Part shown: positions 56,418 to 64,000 of the stretch, piece after piece | How positions within the stretch are numbered: the first letter of the stretch is position 1 | How the letters are laid out: every line of letters begins with the position of its first letter | NCBI GenBank assembly: GCA_002433075.1 | Contig: DJHM01000011.1 | Location: 216,522-280,521, forward strand | Direction of reading: 5' to 3' | Source of the DNA: Latescibacteria bacterium UBA6620 | GTDB lineage: Bacteria > Latescibacterota > UBA2968 | Length of the DNA: 64,000 nt | Notes under the pieces: generated by a model | The model's input: only the letters and a program-made list of their open reading frames with translations | Databases searched by the model: none | What the model was told of the DNA's origin: nothing | Program-made: the position numbers and the translations under genes

Positions 56418-57128
56418 TCACTCAGTGGGTGCTATTGTCTGAGCTTGTACGATCTGACAGAACTCCTCCCAGCTCTTCACCTCCACGTCCGGGGCGACTC
56501 CCTCTGGATCGAATCCGTGACGGTTGTACCAGATGGCTACAAGGCCGGCGGATCTTGCGCTTTCGATGTCGTACTTCAGACTGTTCCCACAATACCAGGC
56601 CTGATCCGCAGGGATCCCCAGCTTCGCGAGCGCCACCTCCAGGATCAGAGGATGGGGTTTCCTTATCGCACGGTCAGCGCTTGAAAGGACGAACGAGAAG
56701 GCGTCACGTAGGCCGTGATTCTGGAGTTCCCATTCCAGAGCCGGCCCCTAGAAGGGATTGTTGCTGACCACGGCCATCTGGATCTTCATTCGCTTCAAAT
56801 CTTCGAGAACGCTCGCGATCCCCGGTTCGGAGCTGAAGCGGACCGCGCCCTTCCAGAACTCCAGTTCCATCTCTGAGAGTGAAATTCGAAACTGGATTCC
56901 GAGCAAATCGAACAGGGTCCAAAGAAACGTCTGGAACGGCAACTCGATCAGCCCATAGTGTTCCTCCAACTCGGCGCCCATCTGACTCGACGCAGCCTGG
57001 ACCTCCTCCGACGTGTGGGTGGAATCCGTAAAGCCAAGGAGCCTGGCATAGCCCTTTTCGGGATCGTAACGTCGATCTCCGAGAAGGGTACCCCCAAAAT
57101 CGAAAAGAATGGCAAGGGGTCGGTTCAT
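56418..57128 (-). pseudogene. HAD-superfamily hydrolase interrupted by an in-frame TAG
   Basis: Motif I LAILFDFGGTL and motif II VVSNNPF, then TAG (revcomp cta 56748-56750). The same frame continues GPALEWELQNHGLRDAFSFVLSSADRAIRKPHPLILEVALAKLGIPADQAWYCGNSLKYDIESARSAGL (motifs III/IV). Confidence 0.55.
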
Positions 57129-57384
57129 GCGGTTAATCCGTTGGAATCTTGAAATCGTGAAGGTTACAGCTCAAGAACGGTGAATTGCGAATGTGTGCAA
57201 ACTGAAAACCCGGATGATGCGAACGATCGACAGGCTCAGTCATCCATTCGATCCGATCCGATCGTTCCCCTTCACGCGGATCGTGCCATCGGCAGACCGG
57301 ACTTGCTTCGGAATATGAGAACGCCGTTTATTCCCCTGTTCGTTCGTATACAGTGACCTCCCGCTTCAATCATTACGACAGGAC

Positions 57385-58650
57385 TTGAATTCAACGATGA
57401 GCCGACACATGCAAGAAATCGCCGATGCCATGACGACGGCGGATCTCTGGAAAATGATGAGACGACGAGTTCCCCCGATCGTGTCCGAGTATTTCCGTGG
57501 TGGAGCAGACACGGAAACCACGCTTCGCGGGAACGTGCGTGCGTTCCAACAGTCCATGACCACGGCTTATGGCGCACTGAAATTCTCCTCCCTGGACACG
57601 CGCACCACAACCGTGGGCCACGATCTGGCCATCCCCTGGTTCATTACGCCAGTGGGAAGCCTTCGGACACTCTACCCGATGGGCGATGCGGTTGCCTCAC
57701 GCGTAGCCGGTGAGTTCGGGACCGTGATGGCCCAGTCGACCCTTTCGGGAACCCCGATGGAAGATGTGGCGGCGGCCTCAAAGGATCAGTGCTGGTACCA
57801 GCTCTACCTCTGCGGAGGTCGTGATACGGCATTACGGAGCATTGAGCGAGCCAGGAATGCGGGCTTCACCGCGCTCATTCTGACGATGGACACGGGCGTC
57901 TCCGGATTGAGGATTCTGCACGCCAAGATGAAACCCATGCAATCGATGGGTCCCTTCCGTGGCTTGAGTTTCGGTCAGAAGATCGTAAAAGCGTTCAGAA
58001 AACTGGCACTCGCCCCACAGATGCTATCCTGTCTGCCGTGGCTGATCGACTATTACCGGGACGGCGGGTTGATGGAGTTCGTGAACATCATCGATGACGA
58101 TGGCGAACCCATGCCCTACACGGATATCGGGACCCAGCTCGCGGCTTCAGCCGTGACGTGGGACGACCTTACGTGGATCAAGGAAGCCTGGGGGGACAAG
58201 CCGCTGATCGTAAAGGGCGTTCATTGCGCCTACGACGCCCGGAAGGCGGAGGAGATGGGAGCCTCCGGCGTGATCTGGTCGAACCACGGGGGTCGACAGC
58301 AGGATCGCGTGCCTCCGGTGCTTCATATCGTAGCCCAGGAAATGCCTCTCGTCGGGGACACGCAGCTGGACTTCATGATGGATGGCGGCATTCGGAACGG
58401 GACCGATATCCTGATCGCATTGTCCTACGGCCTGAAGGCAGTAGGCATCGGACGGGTGACGGCGGCAGGCATCGGCGCCGGAGGACACACCGGGCTTACG
58501 CGTGCATTCGAGATCCTGCACGAGGACCTCGATCGGGCAATGCGACTGGTCGGCGTGCAGAGCGTGGAGGAAATCCGCAGCCGCGGAGCGGAGATCCGGC
58601 GCGAGAGTCTTCTGCAAGGCGATGATCATCTTCCCCCATTCGTATTCTAG
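57385..58650 (+). CDS. FMN-dependent alpha-hydroxy-acid dehydrogenase/oxidase (LldD/glycolate-oxidase family)
   Basis: 421 aa; YQLY, SNHGGRQ, C-terminal FMN-binding GGIRNGTD. Confidence 0.85.
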   Translation: MNSTMSRHMQEIADAMTTADLWKMMRRRVPPIVSEYFRGGADTETTLRGNVRAFQQSMTTAYGALKFSSLDTRTTTVGHDLAIPWFITPVGSLRTLYPMGDAVASRVAGEFGTVMAQSTLSGTPMEDVAAASKDQCWYQLYLCGGRDTALRSIERARNAGFTALILTMDTGVSGLRILHAKMKPMQSMGPFRGLSFGQKIVKAFRKLALAPQMLSCLPWLIDYYRDGGLMEFVNIIDDDGEPMPYTDIGTQLAASAVTWDDLTWIKEAWGDKPLIVKGVHCAYDARKAEEMGASGVIWSNHGGRQQDRVPPVLHIVAQEMPLVGDTQLDFMMDGGIRNGTDILIALSYGLKAVGIGRVTAAGIGAGGHTGLTRAFEILHEDLDRAMRLVGVQSVEEIRSRGAEIRRESLLQGDDHLPPFVF

Positions 58651-58801
58651 CCGGTTCAGGGAACAGCCGAGTCAGTTTCCTGATTTGTCCTCACTCTTGA
58701 GTTCGCCCCACCCCTTCGTCACGGGCCTCCCGGCCAAACCTGCCTCGGGTGGCTACGTACGACAGTAAGTCAGATACGCTCGGAAAAGAAAGGTTCGTAC
58801 G

Positions 58802-59719
58802 ATGCCAGATGCGGAAGACCTGCCCGTTCGTGAATTGGGAAAGACCGGTGTCCACGTTTCGATCGTTGGCTTCGGTGGTGGACATAGCGTTCGGCCGGAT
58901 ATCGACGAACAGATGACGGTTCGCTTGATCCAATCTTCGATCGACGAAGGCATGACGTTTATGGACAACGCCTGGGAATACCACGATGGCGAGGCCGAGC
59001 GCCGAATGGGCATCGCGCTCAAGGGACGGAGGGACCAGGTCACGCTGATGACGAAAGTTTGTGGGCGCGATCGGAAGACCGCTGAGGAACAACTCCACGA
59101 AAGTCTGCGCCGCCTGCAGACTGACGTGATCGATGTGTGGCAGTTCCACGAGATCAACTACGACAACGACCCCGATCTGGTTTTCCAACCCGGAGGGGCG
59201 TTGGAAGCGGCGGTGGCGTCGCGTGAGGCAGGCAAAGTCCGATTCATCGGTTTTACCGGTCACAAGAGTCCGCATATCCTGCAGAGAATGCTCGACCAGG
59301 ACTTTGACTGGGACACCTGCCAGATGCCGATCAATGTCGCGGATGCGCATTTTCGCAGTTTCCAGAAAGAGATCCTGCCCGAACTGAATCGACGGAACAT
59401 CGGTGTGATCGGAATGAAGAGTCTGGGAGGGCGCGGACAGCTCGTTACCGAAGCTGGCTTTACGGCAGAGGCGTGCCGTCGATACGCACTCTCCTTACCC
59501 ATCGACGTCCTGGTCTGTGGGATCCAGTCACCGGAGGACCTGAAGCAGGATGTCGATATGGCCCGCTCGTTTTCGGCCATGTCTGCAGCGGAAGCGCTGG
59601 AGATGGAGGAGCAGGTCTACGACCAGGCCGCGGACGGACGACACGAGTGGTTCAAGACGACCCAACATTTCGACTCACAATATCACCGCGATCAGCACGG
59701 GTTTCCCGTGCTTAACTAG
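58802..59719 (+). CDS. aldo/keto reductase
   Basis: 305 aa; FMDNAWEYHDGEAERRMG, IGFTGH, the typical AKR barrel. Confidence 0.85.
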   Translation: MPDAEDLPVRELGKTGVHVSIVGFGGGHSVRPDIDEQMTVRLIQSSIDEGMTFMDNAWEYHDGEAERRMGIALKGRRDQVTLMTKVCGRDRKTAEEQLHESLRRLQTDVIDVWQFHEINYDNDPDLVFQPGGALEAAVASREAGKVRFIGFTGHKSPHILQRMLDQDFDWDTCQMPINVADAHFRSFQKEILPELNRRNIGVIGMKSLGGRGQLVTEAGFTAEACRRYALSLPIDVLVCGIQSPEDLKQDVDMARSFSAMSAAEALEMEEQVYDQAADGRHEWFKTTQHFDSQYHRDQHGFPVLN

Positions 59720-59856
59720 GAACTCCTGACGTTGATGCAAATAAGGATACTCTACTCACGGTGATGGGCGAGTTCTCGATGGAGTTTATCCTGAGCCTGC
59801 CGAAGGGCTCGAACTGACGCCGCTCAGGTACCACGCGGGGTTAGGGGGTATCAAAA

Positions 59857-60882
59857 ATGTTTCTACACAAGCTGGACTGGCAGCGGAATGTGATCGACGT
59901 AAAGGTCAATCACCGCGACGAGGCGCCCCGGGTGAACCAACCCGTGCTCTCCGCGATGACCACACGGCAGGATTGGTGCACGGTTCAGCTCTACAGCCCC
60001 GCCGTCGTCCGTGTGGATGGCACGTACCACATGTGGTACGTCGGCAACCCCATGGCCACCCGCGTTGACAACCTCTCACTGGGATACGCGGAATCCGTCG
60101 ACGGGCTCGTCTGGAACGAACACGAAAACAACCCGATTCTTACGCCCGCAGACCTGCCGTTCGGGGCATCCTGGCAAACACCCCGGGTACTGTTCGACGA
60201 GGCGCGAGGGCTGTTCAGGATGTGGTTCGTGTCGGGTGGGGTCGAGAACGACGATGAGGGCGCCCCGACTCTTCGTCGTCAGTTTGCCGGATATGCCGAG
60301 AGCGAGGATGGTCTTTCCTGGAAGATTCATCCCGAGCCTGTTTATCCGAGCGGTCGGGGGCCTTGCGTTCTGATAGAAGAAGAGGGCGGATACACGATGT
60401 GGATGAACTCCGCTCCAGAGCCTGACGACGAGTTTGCGCGGCTTGCGGCCAACATCTTCAGGTTCAGCTCCAGCGACGGCCTCGAATGGACACGGGATCC
60501 CGATCCTGTCGTCACAGCGGGCGGTCCGACACGGAGCAACGTTTATCCATTCGTGTTCAAGGATCGGGGTGACTATACGATGTGGTATACGTGTGCGGTC
60601 GAGGGTGGGCACTGTGAACTCTATTCCTCGACTTCTTCAGATGGCGTTACCTGGACTCACCATCGAGACGAGCCTTCCTTTCCCGCCACCCGGAACCCGG
60701 ACGACTTCGACGGCAGGTATACCTCGACGCCCTGCGTCCTCGACGACGGGGATCGGTATCTGCTCTACTATTCCGCACGAGATCCGGGGAACCTCTACGG
60801 GGCTGGTGATGGAACGCTGAAGGTGGATCGGATGGGGATTTATCGGCATATCGGAGTGGCCGTCTGTGAGAAAGCACAGTGA
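59857..60882 (+). CDS. GH-like beta-propeller protein with Asp-box-like SxDGxxW repeats
   Basis: 341 aa; SVDGLVW, SEDGLSW, SSDGLEW, SSDGVTW; related to 21297.. and 61818... Confidence 0.5.
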   Translation: MFLHKLDWQRNVIDVKVNHRDEAPRVNQPVLSAMTTRQDWCTVQLYSPAVVRVDGTYHMWYVGNPMATRVDNLSLGYAESVDGLVWNEHENNPILTPADLPFGASWQTPRVLFDEARGLFRMWFVSGGVENDDEGAPTLRRQFAGYAESEDGLSWKIHPEPVYPSGRGPCVLIEEEGGYTMWMNSAPEPDDEFARLAANIFRFSSSDGLEWTRDPDPVVTAGGPTRSNVYPFVFKDRGDYTMWYTCAVEGGHCELYSSTSSDGVTWTHHRDEPSFPATRNPDDFDGRYTSTPCVLDDGDRYLLYYSARDPGNLYGAGDGTLKVDRMGIYRHIGVAVCEKAQ

Positions 60883-60949
60883 ACAGTTCAAACTGCAAAA
60901 TGCAAAGTGACCGCCCCGACTTTCCACAGCGTGGCCTTCTCCTGGAGGG

Positions 60950-61801
60950 GTGCCAATGAGCCAACTTCGCATTGGTCTTGCGCAGACGCGTCAGACTGCA
61001 GATCGAGACGACAATCGACAGGCGATCCTGGATGCGTTCGGTGAGGCGGCGGCGCAGGATGTACAGATTCTCTGTTTTCCTGAGGCACAGACCGTCGGCT
61101 ACCGTGTAGACGTATCCCCATCGGACGCGCCGGTTCCGGTCGAGTGGCTCGAGAAGGTTCACGCAGAGGTGGCGGAACTGTGTGGGCGGCACCACATGGC
61201 CTGTATTCTTGGAACCGAGATGCAATCGGAGGCAGGCAAGCCGTTCAATACCGCGCTGGTAATCGACGAGTACGGGAACCCGCTCGGCGCACACCACAAA
61301 ACCATGCTGACGCCGCCGGACGCGCTGGCCTACGCCCCTGGGGCCGAGCAGCATACGTTCGAGCTTTACGGCGTCACCGTTGGCGTGGTCATCTGTTTCG
61401 AGGCGCTGCGTTTCGCCGAGACGACAGCCGAATGTGTCCGCCGCGGCGCCCAGGTCGTCTTCCATCCACAGAACAACACCACCCGTCCGAATGACTGGAA
61501 GATCCCGATCCACCACGCCATGATCGTCACCCGTGCGGCGGAAAACACGGTCTGGTTCGCCTCGTGCAACGCCTGTCTGCATCATCAGAACAGCCGCAGC
61601 CTGATTGTCGCTCCGGATGGACGCATCCACGCACAGACGGAGCTGGCTCGCGAGGAGTTGCTCGTAAGCGACCTCGACCTCGAACTCGCGACCCAGGCCA
61701 TGTTCCGACTGGGTGAGGAGGGCTCGGCGTCAAAGGCACTGGGAGACACCCAACCCTTGTTGTTTGGCGAGACGATGAAAGTGCTCGGACGAGATCGATG
61801 A
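60950..61801 (+). CDS. carbon-nitrogen hydrolase (nitrilase superfamily)
   Basis: 283 aa; ILCFPEAQTVGY, VVICFEALRFAE (catalytic Cys context). Confidence 0.8.
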   Translation: MPMSQLRIGLAQTRQTADRDDNRQAILDAFGEAAAQDVQILCFPEAQTVGYRVDVSPSDAPVPVEWLEKVHAEVAELCGRHHMACILGTEMQSEAGKPFNTALVIDEYGNPLGAHHKTMLTPPDALAYAPGAEQHTFELYGVTVGVVICFEALRFAETTAECVRRGAQVVFHPQNNTTRPNDWKIPIHHAMIVTRAAENTVWFASCNACLHHQNSRSLIVAPDGRIHAQTELAREELLVSDLDLELATQAMFRLGEEGSASKALGDTQPLLFGETMKVLGRDR

Positions 61802-61817
61802 ATCCGGAGCGGAGAGC

Positions 61818-63383
61818 TTGATACGCGCCGTCTTTCACGTCGAGTCCGGGGAGCGCCAACTCTTCCTGGACGACTACGGGATCGAGGAGATCCGCGATCT
61901 CCGACGCACTCTGCACCAGCCAGAGAAGAAAGGGGCCGTGATCGAACCGGAGGGCGACGAGCGAAGCATCCAGATTCGCTCCGCTCCCTCGTGGGACCCT
62001 GAAGCCAGACGCTACAAGCTGTGGTTCATGTGCGAGGGAAACATCGGGCTCGCCCAAAGCGTCGACGGCCTCAACTGGGAACGTCCCGCGCTGCGCGTGC
62101 GGGAACATAAAGGGTCGTTGGACAACTGCATGGTGGCGGGTCCGTGCGGCGAGCACGTCGTGTTCGATCCAACCGCCTCAGACGCATCGCAACGTTACAA
62201 GAGTCTCAAGCTGCGGGGATCGTCGGAACGCATGGTGAGCCCGATTGCCGACCACTGGAGGCTCATCCACAATCCGTGGCGGTTGGTCTATCCACGGAAT
62301 CACGTGCTGAACGATCCCCGTCAGTACCAGTTGAGCTGGGTGATCAACGTCTGCGAACGGCCCGATGACCCCGCCGACGAGCGTTTCGAGGGCGTGGGTC
62401 GCTTCCAGACCCAGGACATCTGTGTCAGTGCCGACGGGATCCATTGGCGCGTGCTGGACAACCCCGGGCTGCCTTCGGGCGACGAGGCCAACCTGAGTTA
62501 CGACCAGAAGGAAGGGATTTACATCGCCACCCTCAAACAAGGGGAGATGGGTCCCTACGGGCGCTCGATCTCCCTGTCGACGAGCAGGGATTTCATTCGA
62601 TGGAGCAATCCCGTGCTGGTGTTCCACGCGGATGCGGACGACCAGGCATTGAACCACGAAATCATCGCCGCACGGTACGACGACCCTACCCTGATCCACC
62701 CACCCCACAATGTCCCCGCAGAGTACTTCGTCGACGTCTACAACATGGGGGTCTTCAGATACGAGGGCGTCTACATCGGTCTTCCCGCCTTCTTCCACCA
62801 CACGGGTGACCGAAACGAAAACTCGGATGGTTTCCACCAGGTGCAGCTCACCTGCAGTCGCGATCTGCGCAGCTGGACGCGCCTGGGCGGACGGGAAGCG
62901 TTCATCGGGCCGTCGTCGATCGAGTCGGGGGCATATGACCTGAGCGGAATCATGCCACCGTCATCCGCGATTCGCAGGGAGGACGAGCTCTGGTTCTACT
63001 ACACGGGCACGAAATATCGCACTTCGCCAGAGGACGCCGATTGGAAGCGAACAGCCGCCTGCCTTGCCGTGTTGCGTCGAGATGGGTTCATGTCGCTCGA
63101 TGGCGGTCCTGACGGTGGCTCATTGTTGACCGAGCCGTTCCTGATGCCGACAACGTGGTTGTGCATGAACCTGGATGCGGGCGACGGATCGATTGAGGTG
63201 CAAGCGCTGGATGAATCGGGTGACGTCGTAGCCGAATCTGAGTCCCTCACCGGTGATGGACTACGCTCCACCGTGAAATGGAAGCGCGGAGACCTGATAC
63301 CCTTGACCCGTTCTCCGGGACGACTGCGGTTCAATGTGATAGATGCGTCGATCTATTCGTACTGGTTTGAGGAAGACAATTAG
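61818..63383 (+). CDS. GH-like beta-propeller protein with N-terminal 'RQLFLDD' motif
   Basis: 521 aa; SGERQLFLDDYGIEE, SVDGLNW, SADGIHW. Confidence 0.5.
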   Translation: MIRAVFHVESGERQLFLDDYGIEEIRDLRRTLHQPEKKGAVIEPEGDERSIQIRSAPSWDPEARRYKLWFMCEGNIGLAQSVDGLNWERPALRVREHKGSLDNCMVAGPCGEHVVFDPTASDASQRYKSLKLRGSSERMVSPIADHWRLIHNPWRLVYPRNHVLNDPRQYQLSWVINVCERPDDPADERFEGVGRFQTQDICVSADGIHWRVLDNPGLPSGDEANLSYDQKEGIYIATLKQGEMGPYGRSISLSTSRDFIRWSNPVLVFHADADDQALNHEIIAARYDDPTLIHPPHNVPAEYFVDVYNMGVFRYEGVYIGLPAFFHHTGDRNENSDGFHQVQLTCSRDLRSWTRLGGREAFIGPSSIESGAYDLSGIMPPSSAIRREDELWFYYTGTKYRTSPEDADWKRTAACLAVLRRDGFMSLDGGPDGGSLLTEPFLMPTTWLCMNLDAGDGSIEVQALDESGDVVAESESLTGDGLRSTVKWKRGDLIPLTRSPGRLRFNVIDASIYSYWFEEDN

Positions 63384-63547
63384 GAAACTAAGCAATTGAG
63401 ATACTGGCCGCTCGCTGGCGATTGCCACTGAGCAGGGAAATTCGATGCCCCCGTGCAAAGCACAGGGGCAAGCGTCGCGCATCGTTTATACTGGGCCCGG
63501 TACTAGCGGCGCCCCTAAGACCGGGCCCGTCACCCAATGGCGACTGC

Positions 63548-63574
63548 TCGTCCTCGTGCTCTGCACGAGGACGA
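63548..63574 (+). promoter_or_regulatory. perfect 12-bp-stem hairpin (TCGTCCTCGTGC-tct-GCACGAGGACGA) in an intergenic region
   Basis: Lies between the stop of 61818..63383 and the start of the next paralogue. No T-tract follows, so it may be a GC-type terminator or an RNA structure. Confidence 0.35.
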
Positions 63575-63639
63575 AGGTGTTCTACTACCATTCCCCATAG
63601 CGCACTCTTAGCTCTTGTACAGCCCGGAGGTAACAAGAG

Positions 63640-64000
63640 ATGGCTCTCATCGACATCGGTTCACGGAAGCAGCTCTTTGTCGACGACTATCTGATCGAGA
63701 GCATGGACCATTGCGTCAAGACCATGAATCGGGCCGAGAAGGTACCCGGAAATCCAGTGCTTCGGGCTGAGCATCCCTGGGAAGGGCGCCACCTGATTGT
63801 GGACGAAGTATGGTGGGACGACGAGGCAGGGCGTTTCGAGATGCGCTACTCGGCGAGAACGTGGGTCGGGCGACGCGTCAAAGACGAGGTCCTCCTGGAA
63901 GAGAAAGACAGGAGCCGGACCTGTCTGGCCGTCTCCGAAGATGGCATCGAATGGGAGAAGCCGGTTGTCGGAGAAGTTGAGTTCGAGGGCTCGAAGCAGA
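63640..64000 (+). CDS. GH-like beta-propeller paralogue, 5' part (runs off window end)
   Basis: MALIDIGSRKQLFVDDYLIESMDH... matches the N-terminal signature of 21297..22844. Confidence 0.45.
   Translation, partial: MALIDIGSRKQLFVDDYLIESMDHCVKTMNRAEKVPGNPVLRAEHPWEGRHLIVDEVWWDDEAGRFEMRYSARTWVGRRVKDEVLLEEKDRSRTCLAVSEDGIEWEKPVVGEVEFEGSKQ

Noticed and set aside
60647-61630. 327-aa minus-strand ORF; also 62178..62837
   Set aside because: They are antisense to the nitrilase-family and propeller genes, which have clear family motifs.
1-64000. CRISPR arrays, rRNA, insertion-sequence transposases, integrases
   Set aside because: No regularly spaced direct repeats, no rRNA-like conserved blocks, and no DDE/tyrosine-recombinase-like ORFs were recognised on either strand.

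Overview
This is a high-GC (~62%) bacterial chromosomal window with a lower-GC stretch at about 29.5–31.1 kb. The gene content suggests a marine Planctomycetes/Poribacteria-like heterotroph, but taxonomy cannot be fixed from the sequence alone. I could support about 64 protein-coding features; no rRNA, tRNA or CRISPR array is visible by eye.

- **2OG/Fe(II) oxygenase expansion.** There are 12 PhyH-superfamily genes plus one TauD/TfdA gene, interleaved with two formylglycine-type sulfatases that lack signal peptides.
- **Sugar-acid catabolism.** A long minus-strand block (7.9–20.4 kb) looks like a non-phosphorylative sugar-acid pathway. It holds five Gfo/Idh/MocA dehydrogenases (one with a degenerate Rossmann motif), an enolase-superfamily dehydratase, an SDR, a DHDPS/NAL-family lyase and an M19 dipeptidase.
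- **Glycan-degradation set.** Two BNR sialidases, four GH-like beta-propeller proteins carrying an N-terminal 'RKQLF(I/V)DD' motif, and two further enolase-superfamily dehydratases.
- **Gene decay.** Several genes are disrupted: an ATP-dependent DNA ligase (frameshift), a SAM methyltransferase (in-frame TAA), an AICAR-transformylase-type purH (at least three frameshifts), a HAD hydrolase (in-frame TAG), a RarA/MgsA C-terminal half with no ATPase domain, two N-terminal-only substrate-binding-protein fragments, and a GNAT with an implausible C-terminus. This indicates either real pseudogenisation or, for the indels only, assembly error.
- **Other unexplained structure.** A sigma70-like promoter plus a perfect 20-bp AT-rich palindrome in the lower-GC stretch, a 44-bp in-frame palindromic element inside a phosphotransferase gene, a 10-nt poly-C tract inside a permease–Usp fusion gene, and a repeated PhyH + glycine-zipper membrane-protein gene pair.
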